Assembly (NCBI GenBank): GCA_019456305.1
Contig: VRUD01000001.1
Span: 9,717 to 73,716 of the forward strand
Source of the DNA: Cytophagales bacterium
GTDB lineage: Bacteria > Bacteroidota > Bacteroidia > Cytophagales > VRUD01
DNA length: 64,000 nt
Reading direction: 5' to 3'
Numbering within the stretch: position 1 is the first letter of the stretch; every line of letters starts with the position of its first letter. Below, piece by piece: positions 42,760 through 51,977 of the stretch. The notes below the pieces were generated by a model that saw only the letters and a program-made list of their open reading frames with translations, was not told the origin of the DNA and did not search any database. A program made the translations under genes and the position numbers.

Positions 42760-43239
42760 TTAGTAATTTCTATCAACCAACTCAAGCAGCTCAATAAATT
42801 TTTTGCTTCTCAGAGACACGATCTTTCTCTCTGCCCCGATCATTGCTTTCATATAACCGCCTTTATAGTAGCGCCTGAAGAAAGGGCCGGTAAAAAGTAT
42901 TGCATCTAAAACGGTGTATTCAAACGCGAAGTACACACCGGCAGCTACAAGCAGTCCATTTAAAACAAACGAGTTGATCCCATTTTTAATATCACCATAG
43001 TAAATCTGTCCGGCACCGGGCAATAGCATACTTAAATTCTTTGCTGCTCGGGGCCTGATCTTATTGACCTTATTTATTTCACTAAATATTTTGACGATTT
43101 TGGCGCTGTCTGATCTTTCTGTGAGCTGTTTGAAATAACGTTCAGATGAGTTAAGCGCTCCGATTTTAAAATTAATGACAGCCAGATAAAAAAGTTTTTT
43201 CCTGTAAAAATATCCGGAGAGTGAATCATTGATGTCCAA
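42760..43239 (-). CDS. Hypothetical membrane protein (LPGAGQIYYG motif); probably the 3' part of a frameshifted gene
   Basis: TTG start only. A 55-aa ATG ORF (43284-43451, MEFYPLKYAKHL..) lies directly upstream in another frame and reads on sensibly into this frame (..SLIFPLQNDYHYALLRLLDINDSL..). Confidence 0.45.
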   Translation of the reverse strand: MDINDSLSGYFYRKKLFYLAVINFKIGALNSSERYFKQLTERSDSAKIVKIFSEINKVNKIRPRAAKNLSMLLPGAGQIYYGDIKNGINSFVLNGLLVAAGVYFAFEYTVLDAILFTGPFFRRYYKGGYMKAMIGAERKIVSLRSKKFIELLELVDRNY

Positions 43240-43589
43240 TAAACGGAGGAGTGCATAGTGATAGTCATTTTGTAAGGGAAATATTAATGATCGTCAACAA
43301 TAATAGCTTCAATTTCATTGTTTAGATTTTTTTTAAATATGGAATCAACATGTGGATAGAAAAAGGCAAGTCGTTCGTATTCCCTGGAAGCTAACAGGTG
43401 CTTTTGTGAAGCAGACAAATGTTTTGCATATTTTAATGGATAAAATTCCATATTCACTGCAGGAAGGATGAAAATTACATATACCTGTCAGATCTTGTGA
43501 TGAAATAAAATATTTATAGTAATATTGTTTTGACCAAATTGTTTGTAAAAAAATACTTTTTTATTTTGAAACCAAGTAATGAATATTTC

Positions 43590-44003
43590 ATGAAAGAAGC
43601 ATACAAGCAGGCAAAGTATGCTTTTGATGAGGGAGAAATACCTATCGGAGCTGTGATTGTGTGTAATAATAAAGTGATCGCACGGGCACATAACCAGTCT
43701 GAAATATTGAGGGATTTTACTGCGCATGCTGAAATGATCGCTTTTACGGCTGCTTCGGATTACCTTGGTGGAAAAAATCTCAGCGATTGTACTTTATACG
43801 TAACCCTTGAGCCTTGCCTGATGTGTGCAGGCGCCTGCTATTGGGCCCAGATAAAAAAACTTGTAGTTGGCGCTCCCGATCCAAAAAGAGGTTTTAAAAA
43901 GGTCAAAGCAAATATTTTACATCCTAAAACAGAAATTGTTTCCGGAATAATGGATAGAGAATGTGGGAAACTGATCACTGATTTTTTTGATAAAATAAGG
44001 TAG
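43590..44003 (+). CDS. tadA: tRNA-specific adenosine deaminase
   Basis: HAEM(I) and PCLMCAGA zinc-binding motifs of CDA-fold deaminases. Starts with MKEAYKQAKYAFDEGEIPIGAV at 43590. Confidence 0.9.
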   Translation: MKEAYKQAKYAFDEGEIPIGAVIVCNNKVIARAHNQSEILRDFTAHAEMIAFTAASDYLGGKNLSDCTLYVTLEPCLMCAGACYWAQIKKLVVGAPDPKRGFKKVKANILHPKTEIVSGIMDRECGKLITDFFDKIR

Positions 44004-44368
44004 TTTATCACTATTGTCCGGGAAAATTTAGAACATAACTTTCCCTGTCTGTCTCAGGCAGATAAGTTGTTTAAAAATAATAGTTGGTCCCGCCTCAGGC
44101 GGGAGCAGCAAGCAGTTGGCAAAATGGTAGTTCGCAACAAGAAAACAAAGAACTTCGCAACAAGTCAGAAGAAGTAGGACGAATGTTGAATCACATGATA
44201 GAAAATCCTGAAAAGTATCGATCAAGATAGTAGGCAATTTTGCCAATTGCCCATTGCCAACTGCCAACTTCTCTATAAAGCCGACTGCTCCCGAGTACTC
44301 GGGATGTATAATTTTTTTTAATCTATTTTCAAAGTATATGTTCTTTTGTGGTTTTGCTATATAGTTCT

Positions 44369-44376
44369 TATATTTG
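44369..44376 (+). promoter_or_regulatory. -7 box TATATTTG upstream of SOD
   Basis: TAnnTTTG match about 39 nt before the ATG at 44415. Confidence 0.35.
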
Positions 44377-44414
44377 CAAAATTAAATATGTACCACCTCT
44401 AAAAACAGAAAATT

Positions 44415-45044
44415 ATGGAAAATGTAGCTGCAAAAACAGCATTCGAACTGCCGGCTTTGCCTTATGCACCTGACGCATTGGAGCCGCATATCGATAAAAT
44501 GACCATGGAAATACATCGTGGCAAGCACCACAATGCTTATACCACTAAATTAAATGACGCTATTGATGGCACTGAATTGGCTGATAAGTCTATTGAGGAG
44601 ATATTGAAAAATATCAGCAAACATTCCGGAGCGGTCAGGAATAACGGTGGCGGTTATTATAATCATAGTCTTTTTTGGACCATCATGTCTCCTAACGGTG
44701 GCGGACAACCTTCAGGCGACCTGTTAAACGCAATTAATGGTAGCTTTGGTTCTTTTGATAAGTTCAGGGAAGAATTTTCAAACGCTGCTGCCACCAGGTT
44801 CGGTTCCGGCTGGGCATGGCTGGGTGTGAAAAATGATGGCAATCTTTGCGTTTGCTCCACTCCCAACCAGGATAATCCACTGATGGATATTGCTGAATGT
44901 GCCTGCACACCCATTTTAGGTTTGGATGTATGGGAACATGCTTACTATTTAAACTATCAGAACAGACGACCTGATTACATTGCAGCCTGGTGGAATGTGG
45001 TGAGTTGGGAGGAAGTATCCCGAAGGTTTGCAGAGGTTAAATAA
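44415..45044 (+). CDS. Fe/Mn superoxide dismutase
   Basis: FELPALPY start, HHxKHH-like block ([10 protein letters not shown]), and the DVWEHAYYL metal-binding motif. Confidence 0.95.
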   Translation: MENVAAKTAFELPALPYAPDALEPHIDKMTMEIHRGKHHNAYTTKLNDAIDGTELADKSIEEILKNISKHSGAVRNNGGGYYNHSLFWTIMSPNGGGQPSGDLLNAINGSFGSFDKFREEFSNAAATRFGSGWAWLGVKNDGNLCVCSTPNQDNPLMDIAECACTPILGLDVWEHAYYLNYQNRRPDYIAAWWNVVSWEEVSRRFAEVK

Positions 45045-45045
45045 A

Positions 45046-45342
45046 ATGAACTACTCTAAAACCATAGACGGATTAAGTGACCAGGCATTCTGGGATGTGC
45101 ATTTTGATAAGCTGGACCCGAAGCGACATAATAACTTTATCGTGATGAAGGTTTTTGATTATGGTAATTGGGATGACGTATTATCGGTTTTGGGTTATTA
45201 TGGAAAAGATAGAGTGCGAAAGTGCTTGATTAATGCAGATTACTTGCAGGAGCATTCAATTGATTTGGCCAGATGGCTTTTAGATGTAAAACCTTCCGAT
45301 TTTAAATGCTTTACGAAAAAACAGTTACATCAGACATCCTAA
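45046..45342 (+). CDS. Small protein upstream of AbiEii (putative cognate antitoxin; family not recognised)
   Basis: ATG at 45046. 98 aa. Overlaps the following NTase-toxin gene by 37 nt. Confidence 0.5.
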   Translation: MNYSKTIDGLSDQAFWDVHFDKLDPKRHNNFIVMKVFDYGNWDDVLSVLGYYGKDRVRKCLINADYLQEHSIDLARWLLDVKPSDFKCFTKKQLHQTS

Positions 45343-46001
45343 GAGTGCTGGAAAAAATAAGTGGGATAGATGAATTAGAAAAATTCCAGCTTGTAGGGGG
45401 AACGGCTCTTGCCTTGCAACTAGGTCATCGTCAGTCGTTTGACCTTGATTTTTTTGCTGAAAGGGGCTTCAATAAAGAATACCTGGAATTACGGCTTAGA
45501 GCGCTGTTCCCTGAAAAAAAAGATTTAAGTCAGTCAATTAATGGCTTCTCCTGTAAGTTAGACGGAGTGAGATGTGATTTTTACGATTGGAAAACGGGTT
45601 ATATAAGGGAGCCGGTAGATTTTAAGGGAATAAAAATCGCGTCAACAGAAGATATTGCTGCTTTTAAATTGGATGCTATAACCAGGCGTACAACAATCAA
45701 AGATTTTTGGGATATTGCTGAGTTATTGGATAGGTATTCTATCAAGGAAATGATAATGTTTTACAAAGAAAAGTACCCATACCAGGATATAAGAATTGTT
45801 ATGGATTCGTTGCCCAAAGTTGAAAAAATAACAGAAAAGCCAGAGTATAAGATATTTAAGAATTGCACTTTAAAAGACGTAAATAAAAAGATAGAAACAG
45901 CAACGAAAGAATATATTGCAAATCAAATAAAGCAGAAAAAGGAAAAACAAGAGGAGCGGGTAAAAAAAGCAGAAAAACTTATAGAGCGAAAACAGTTGTG
46001 A
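45306..46001 (+). CDS. AbiEii/AbiGii-family nucleotidyltransferase toxin-like protein
   Basis: FQLVGGTALALQLGHRQSFDLDFF is the characteristic N-terminal NTase block of DUF1814/AbiEii. It has a lysine-rich tail. Confidence 0.7.
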   Translation: MLYEKTVTSDILRVLEKISGIDELEKFQLVGGTALALQLGHRQSFDLDFFAERGFNKEYLELRLRALFPEKKDLSQSINGFSCKLDGVRCDFYDWKTGYIREPVDFKGIKIASTEDIAAFKLDAITRRTTIKDFWDIAELLDRYSIKEMIMFYKEKYPYQDIRIVMDSLPKVEKITEKPEYKIFKNCTLKDVNKKIETATKEYIANQIKQKKEKQEERVKKAEKLIERKQL

Positions 46002-46040
46002 TTTGCTTTCAAAATGTATCTTTGACGTATTGATAAACTT

Positions 46041-46631
46041 TTAAGACACTTTTTTCTTTTTAATCTGCTCCGCTATTCTTACAATAAAATTCTCTATCGT
46101 TTCCCCAGCTTGTATTTTATTGTTTTCCAGTGCTCCGGAGAAACTGTCTAAAAGGCCCTTATATTCCGCGAATGTCTTTTCCAGCAGTTTTTCATCTCCG
46201 GTTTCCCAATAGTGGCCTTCATCGGTTAAAGAAAAATCCTGCAGGTATTTTTTGCTGACATGACGTAAAAAATTAATGATTGTTTTATGAACATCCACCC
46301 CTGCATACTGTGTTTTAGTGAAGATTGAATAAATAAGTTCTTTATCCTTTTCATTTCCCGTTTTCAGGTAATACTCCAGCATGAAAGGGTTTGCCATAAT
46401 CCCGTTGGAAAGGAAACAAAGCATCACCGGTTCGCTTTGAGGAGGAGAAAAGAGGCAGCCGTAGATGTCTTCATTAAAAGACTTCTTTCCAAAACATTTC
46501 ACAGGGAATGTCCTTTTAAAAATGTGATACTTCCATTTGTGTATTTCCGCGGTATCTTTTACTTCGTCTATCATTTTTGAAAGCGAAGCGTTGCTGCGAA
46601 ACTTGCCTTTGTAATAAATGCTTAGTCCCAT
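46041..46631 (-). CDS. Hypothetical 196-aa protein
   Basis: Clean ATG ORF with no motif I recognise. Confidence 0.5.
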   Translation of the reverse strand: MGLSIYYKGKFRSNASLSKMIDEVKDTAEIHKWKYHIFKRTFPVKCFGKKSFNEDIYGCLFSPPQSEPVMLCFLSNGIMANPFMLEYYLKTGNEKDKELIYSIFTKTQYAGVDVHKTIINFLRHVSKKYLQDFSLTDEGHYWETGDEKLLEKTFAEYKGLLDSFSGALENNKIQAGETIENFIVRIAEQIKKKKVS

Positions 46632-46660
46632 TGATTTTGGTTAGTTGGAAAGTGTTTTTT

Positions 46661-46787
46661 GCCACAAAAGCACAAAAGCACTAAATCCCACTAAAAATTA
46701 ACTAATTGATTTTCAGGGTTTTGTGGGATTTAGTGCTTTGGTGTTTTAGTGGCATTTTTATTTTTTGGACTTTTTAGAGTGGACTCA
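46661..46787. repeat. Second copy of the 2066-2218 hairpin (outer left arm missing)
   Basis: GCCACAAAAGCACAAAAGCACTAAATCCCAC..loop..TTTTGTGGGATTTAGTGCTTTGGTGTTTTAGTGGCATTTTT..GAGTGGACTCA. Confidence 0.8.
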
Positions 46788-47047
46788 AATAGTAAAATTA
46801 AATTCATGGCAAAAGTACTTCATCTCTCACAGAATATCAACCAAATTTATTTTATAAAAAAAACATCACTAAAAATTTGTATATTAAAAAACCATCCAAT
46901 ACCTTCGCCCGCAATTTTTGATCCACGCCTGTAGGCGCGGGATCAATATTTAATTTATTATTTAAACAAACACGGAACACGGAACGTACAGACGCCCAAA
47001 TTGGGCGTCTCAACATTCCTCAAATTCCTCAAAACAAATTAATTATC

Positions 47048-47587
47048 ATGAACAAGACAATAAAAAAAATTTTAGCAATTACAGCAATAGCTTTGATTGC
47101 TATGCCTTTGTTTTACAGTTGTAAGAAAGGCGAAAATGACCCGTTTATTTCTTTACGTTCCAGGGATAAACGAATTACCGGGGAATGGAAATTGGTTTCA
47201 GCTGAAGAAACTTCTACTTGGAGTCGTGACTTTGGATTTGGCGCTACTAGTGGTTCAACTACTACTATTTATGATGGTAAGACATCAGTTACAACCGGGG
47301 GTGGTTCTTCCTTATACACATTAACCATAACTTTTGAAAAAGATGGAACTGCCACTTATAAGGAAGATGATGATGGTGATATTGAAGACGTCACAGACGA
47401 ATGGTTTTGGTTAGATTCGAAGAAAAACAAAACGACCATTTCTCATCCATTTGGATTTTTTGTAGTTGATCAACTTAAGAACAAAGAATTAATTTTAAAA
47501 GATTCCGGAACAAATAATCAAAGTGGGTCTGGATGGTATGACAATAATTCATGGGAAGAAACCTGGACTTTTGAAAAACAAAAGTAA
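47048..47587 (+). CDS. Lipocalin-like lipoprotein (paralog family A)
   Basis: Lipobox ..PLFYSC|KKGEND and ITGEWKLVS motif. 179 aa. Confidence 0.6.
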   Translation: MNKTIKKILAITAIALIAMPLFYSCKKGENDPFISLRSRDKRITGEWKLVSAEETSTWSRDFGFGATSGSTTTIYDGKTSVTTGGGSSLYTLTITFEKDGTATYKEDDDGDIEDVTDEWFWLDSKKNKTTISHPFGFFVVDQLKNKELILKDSGTNNQSGSGWYDNNSWEETWTFEKQK

Positions 47588-47610
47588 ATTTCTTCATAAA
47601 GGAATATAAT

Positions 47611-47652
47611 AAAAAAGCCCTGCTCCCGAGTACTCGGGACGGGGCTTTTTTT
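47611..47652 (+). terminator. Intrinsic-terminator-like hairpin with the CCCGAGTACTCGGG core in its loop
   Basis: AAAAAAGCCCTGC-TCCCGAGTACTCGGGA-CGGGGCTTTTTTT, 24 nt after the stop. Confidence 0.7.
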
Positions 47653-48104
47653 CAACTACATGAATGTTTTTTTAAAAGAATAAAAATCGTTAAATTTGAT
47701 TAGTACAATCAGAGTCTCCCGGAAATCCTAAATTCAAACATATTACTATCTTAAAAAGGGGACTCTGATGGGACTCCTTAAAAATATTAGAATATATTTT
47801 TCGCACACATCAGAGTCCCCTGTTCAGGTTTTTGGTATGACTGCCTGCAACGTGTAGGCTTTTCGAAAGGCAAGCAGGTACGAAGTTTGTATTGGCGGGA
47901 GACTCTGATGGGACTGAAATTTATTTTATAAAAAAACATCACTAAAAATTTGTATATTAAAAAACCATCCAATACCTTTGCCCGCAGTTTTTGATCCACG
48001 CCTGTAGGCGCGGGATAAATATTTAACTTATTATTTAAACAAACACGGAACGTACAGACGCCCAAATTGGGCGTCTCAACATTCCTCAAAACAAATTAAT
48101 TATC

Positions 48105-48950
48105 ATGAAAACAATTAAAAGATCTTTAGTGGTAATAGCCACTTGTTTATTGGTTTTAGCAGTTATGGAAAGTTGTAAAAAAACCGCAACACCAAAAAAG
48201 TTAGACGGTAAATGGAAAGCTACAAAAGGTACGAGTACTCGTACAAGTACACAAAAATTGACGTGGTTGGGGTGTACACCAAATGATTGCAGCAGTACCT
48301 CAACTACTACCGAAACTTTTGATGGTGCTACCTGGACGGGTACAATGACATCTTCGAGTACTGATGGGAATGGAATTGTCACACCTAATCCGGACGTACC
48401 CATTGATGATAAGGAAACCATGTCTTTATCTTTTGATAAAAAGAACGGTACCTTTGAGCAATCATTTGTAGGGACTAATACTTATAAAAATCCTTATTGG
48501 AGCAATGTATATGATGATACTACCGCAGCTCCTCTATATAATGGTGGCGCTCTGGATCGAAAAGATGTTACTTCATCAACCGGAACGATGAAAGGAGATT
48601 TTCAGGTTACGGGAGGACTTGGTGATACTGATAAGAAATCTCAGTTTATTCTTTTTGGGACATCATGGACTGATAATTGGACTTCAACTTATTCCTACTT
48701 CCTGACTGGTACTGATAGTTCTGTTAATGTTACGAATTTGTATGTCCAAGATTGGCCTAATTATATTAAAGTGCCAACATCTGAATCAGGTACAGATGGT
48801 TCAATCGGAGAATCAAGTGATGGAGATGTATGGACTGTAACAGAGAACAAAAAAGGTACAATGACAATGAACCAAACTGAAAGTTCTACTAATTCAGATG
48901 GAAGCAACACCTCTTCTTATACCGAGGAATTAACTCTGGAAAAGGAATAA
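48105..48950 (+). CDS. Thr/Ser-rich lipoprotein (paralog family A)
   Basis: Lipobox ..AVMESC|KKTATPKK and LDGKWKAT motif. 281 aa. It shares 5' and 3' flanks with 47048-47587. Confidence 0.6.
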   Translation: MKTIKRSLVVIATCLLVLAVMESCKKTATPKKLDGKWKATKGTSTRTSTQKLTWLGCTPNDCSSTSTTTETFDGATWTGTMTSSSTDGNGIVTPNPDVPIDDKETMSLSFDKKNGTFEQSFVGTNTYKNPYWSNVYDDTTAAPLYNGGALDRKDVTSSTGTMKGDFQVTGGLGDTDKKSQFILFGTSWTDNWTSTYSYFLTGTDSSVNVTNLYVQDWPNYIKVPTSESGTDGSIGESSDGDVWTVTENKKGTMTMNQTESSTNSDGSNTSSYTEELTLEKE

Positions 48951-49026
48951 TATCAGTTTTAGTTGATAAAATAGTGTAGTAGAGGCTATTTTTGAGAGTT
49001 TAAAAAATTGTTGTACTTATTTATAT

Positions 49027-49066
49027 AAAAAGCCCTGATCCCGGGTATTCGGGAGGGGCTTTTTTT
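49027..49066 (+). terminator. Terminator-like hairpin with core variant CCCGGGTATTCGGG
   Basis: AAAAAGCCCTGA-TCCCGGGTATTCGGGA-GGGGCTTTTTTT. Confidence 0.65.
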
Positions 49067-49124
49067 CAACTACATGAATGTTTTTTTAAAAGAATAAAAA
49101 TCGTTAAATTAGTAATTACCTTTT

Positions 49125-49214
49125 GGGCATCTCTAAAAACTACACCATACATTCCCCTCTATCAAGAGGGGCAAGGGGTGTGTTTTAAAAAATATGTAGT
49201 TTTTAGAGATGCCC
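49125..49214. mobile_element. 90-bp MITE-like element (copy 2) with a 12-bp target-site duplication
   Basis: Identical to 13883-13972. It is flanked by TAATTACCTTTT at 49113-49124 and 49215-49226. Confidence 0.8.
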
Positions 49215-49693
49215 TAATTACCTTTTTTAAAAAACACCCCCATCCCCAGCCTGAACACAAACGCATTTGATAGAACATAATAGTCTGCATTTGCCTCAAC
49301 AGCCCAGTGATCGTTAAGCATAAAATCATTTCCCAGACCGAATGAAACATCAAAACTACTTCCCTTTAGTGGGGCTTTTACCAAATAATAACCTTTACTT
49401 CTTAAAAAAAAGGTTTCAGAAAAATATAACCTTAGACCGAGCGCTGCAGCGCTTCTGCTTAAAGAATTAAAATACTCAAAACCCCCGGATAAGGCGAATT
49501 TATCAGCAGCAAAGTAGTTAAGGTCAAATCCAAAGCCAACGCTTTTACCAAAATTCTTGAATGGCTTTTTGTTGTTTGTATTGTATAGATTAACCCCACC
49601 GTTTAGCAGAAAATCTCCCTGGTAAGGTTGGGCATTTGCTGTTAAAACACAACTCATTGCCGCTACAAAGACAGAAAATTTGAATGCTTTCAT
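49214..49693 (-). CDS. Small outer-membrane beta-barrel protein
   Basis: Signal peptide MKAFKFSVFVAAMSCVLTANA|Q followed by alternating beta-strand pattern. 159 aa. Its stop codon TAG is formed at the MITE junction. Confidence 0.65.
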   Translation of the reverse strand: MKAFKFSVFVAAMSCVLTANAQPYQGDFLLNGGVNLYNTNNKKPFKNFGKSVGFGFDLNYFAADKFALSGGFEYFNSLSRSAAALGLRLYFSETFFLRSKGYYLVKAPLKGSSFDVSFGLGNDFMLNDHWAVEANADYYVLSNAFVFRLGMGVFFKKGN

Positions 49694-49732
49694 AGACACA
49701 AAGGTATGAAAAAAATCTGAATAAGAATTAAA

Positions 49733-51769
49733 TCACAACATCTTCTTAAGCTCAAAAAAATCATCCCTCAACCTTGCTGCTTCCAAAAAATCAAGCTCTT
49801 TAGCAGCTTTTGCCATCTGCTTTTGTGTTTTATCAACTAGTTTTTTGATCTCTATTTTAGACATATAAGCCACTACAGGGTCTGCTGCAATGGTTGGCTC
49901 TATATCAGTATAATATTTTTGGGGTCTCTCATTTCGTTTCAAGAAGGGCTTTTTGACATCTGCTATCATTGTTTGCTCCAGTATCTCTTCTTTGGTTTTG
50001 AAGATTGTCTCAGGGGTGATATTGTTAAGACTGTTATACTCCTGCTGGATCATTCTTCTTCTGTTTGTTTCGTCTATTGCTTTTTGCATGGACCCGGTTA
50101 CGGTATCTGCATAAAGGAGTACCTTGCCATTCTTGTTGCGTGCAGCTCTGCCAATGGTCTGTATCAACGACCTTTGATTCCTTAAAAAGCCTTCTTTGTC
50201 TGCATCTAAAATTGCTACCAGCGACACCTCAGGCAGATCCAGACCTTCACGCAATAAGTTTACCCCCACCAATACATCAAAAATACCTAGTCTCAGCTCC
50301 CTTAATATTTCAACCCTGTCCAGCGTATGGACTTCGGAATGGATATAGCGGCATTTGATATTGATCTTATCCAGGAATGTTGCAAGTTCTTCAGCCATTC
50401 TTTTGGTAAGCGTGGTTATCAATACTTTTTCATTCACCTTTATCCTCTCATCTATTTCCTCAAGCAGGTCATCAATCTGGTTGGTGCTTGGCCTTACATC
50501 AATTTCAGGATCAAGCAGGCCGGTAGGCCTGATGATTTGCTCCACGATCACGCCTTCCGATCTTTGTAATTCATGATCAGCAGGAGTGGCGCTTACATAG
50601 ATTACCTGATCTAACAATGATTCAAATTCGTTGAAAGTAAGCGGCCTGTTGTCAAGCGCTGCGGGTAACCGGAATCCGTAATCAACAAGATTGATCTTTC
50701 TTGAGCGGTCACCTCCCCACATTCCCTTCACCTGGGGGATGGTAGCGTGGCTTTCATCTATGATCATCAGGAAATCCTGCGGGAAATAGTTCAAAAGACA
50801 GAATGGCCTTTCACCGGGTTTGCGCCTGTCAAAATACCTTGAATAGTTCTCTATACCGGAGCAATAACCAAGCTCCTTCATCATTTCCACATCAAATTCA
50901 GTGCGTTGTTTTATCCTTTTTGCTTCTTCAGCCCTTTTCTCATCTTCAAAAAAATCGGTCTGTAACGACAGGTCATTTTGTATTTCTGTTAATGCAAGTT
51001 CCATTACATCCTTGCCGGTTACAAAAAGGTTTGCAGGAAAGAGGGCCACAGCGCTTTCTTCAATGATCCGTTTCCCGCTTTCAGGATCGATCCTGTGAAT
51101 AGCTTCTATTTCATCACCGAAAAAAAATATCCTGTAAGCAAAATCAGCGTATGCAGGATAAACATCTACCGTATCCCCTTTTACCCTGAAGGTTCCTCTT
51201 TTAAACTCATCGGCAGTACGACTGTATAGAATATCAACAAATTTGAATAAGAGTTGATTGCGATTGATCTTCTGGCTAACAGACAACCTGATCACATTTT
51301 TACCAAATTCTTCAGGATTGCCGATGCCGTAAATGCAGGATACCGAAGCGACAACAATCACATCCCGTCTTCCTGATAACAAGGCAGAGGTAGCGCTTAA
51401 TCGTAATTTATCAATTTGCTCATTAATAGAAAGGTCTTTTTCTATATACAAGTTGCTTACAGGGAGGTAAGCTTCCGGTTGATAGTAGTCATAATAAGAA
51501 ACGAAATATTCAACGGCATTTTCAGGAAAAAACTGTTTGAATTCGCCATAAAGCTGCGCTGCAAGAGTCTTATTATGACTTAATACCAGCGCAGGTTTGT
51601 TGACATTGGCAATAACATTAGCAATCGTAAATGTTTTACCCGAGCCGGTAACTCCCAGTAGGGTCTGATGCTTATCACCACGATGGATTCCTTCCACCAA
51701 TTGGGCAATTGCATAGGGCTGGTCGCCAGTGGGTTGGTAGTCGGAAGATAGGTTGAAGGTGGATTGCAC
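49733..51769 (-). CDS. uvrB: Excinuclease ABC subunit B
   Basis: YQPTGDQPYAI start, GVTGSGKT Walker A, DESH box, and a C-terminal UVR domain (LDFLEAARLRD). GTG start. Confidence 0.95.
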   Translation of the reverse strand: MQSTFNLSSDYQPTGDQPYAIAQLVEGIHRGDKHQTLLGVTGSGKTFTIANVIANVNKPALVLSHNKTLAAQLYGEFKQFFPENAVEYFVSYYDYYQPEAYLPVSNLYIEKDLSINEQIDKLRLSATSALLSGRRDVIVVASVSCIYGIGNPEEFGKNVIRLSVSQKINRNQLLFKFVDILYSRTADEFKRGTFRVKGDTVDVYPAYADFAYRIFFFGDEIEAIHRIDPESGKRIIEESAVALFPANLFVTGKDVMELALTEIQNDLSLQTDFFEDEKRAEEAKRIKQRTEFDVEMMKELGYCSGIENYSRYFDRRKPGERPFCLLNYFPQDFLMIIDESHATIPQVKGMWGGDRSRKINLVDYGFRLPAALDNRPLTFNEFESLLDQVIYVSATPADHELQRSEGVIVEQIIRPTGLLDPEIDVRPSTNQIDDLLEEIDERIKVNEKVLITTLTKRMAEELATFLDKINIKCRYIHSEVHTLDRVEILRELRLGIFDVLVGVNLLREGLDLPEVSLVAILDADKEGFLRNQRSLIQTIGRAARNKNGKVLLYADTVTGSMQKAIDETNRRRMIQQEYNSLNNITPETIFKTKEEILEQTMIADVKKPFLKRNERPQKYYTDIEPTIAADPVVAYMSKIEIKKLVDKTQKQMAKAAKELDFLEAARLRDDFFELKKML

Positions 51770-51977
51770 GTTATATTGAAAAAAGTAATATTATAAACGG
51801 TGTGGTATTCACCAAAGAATTTTTTGAATATGTCGAATTTTAAACAATTGAAACTGCGGTTATTAGCAAAAATCTTTAACAATTTTTTATCGCTAATACA
51901 ATTAATTCTTTAGAGCTGTTTATTAAACGTATACGTAAAATTATAGAAAATGGTATTAATCCAAAAAGATATTACCC

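Noticed and set aside
44028-44267. 79-aa ORF in the tadA-SOD intergenic region.
   Set aside because: The region consists of hairpins (TCCCGCCTCAGGCGGGA at 44089-44105) and GCCAA/GGCAG word repeats, and the translation is low complexity.
47787-48089. 100-aa antisense ORF across the spacer and the duplicated 5' flank.
   Set aside because: It runs through duplicated promoter/leader DNA and palindromes, and no equivalent ORF exists in the other flank copy.
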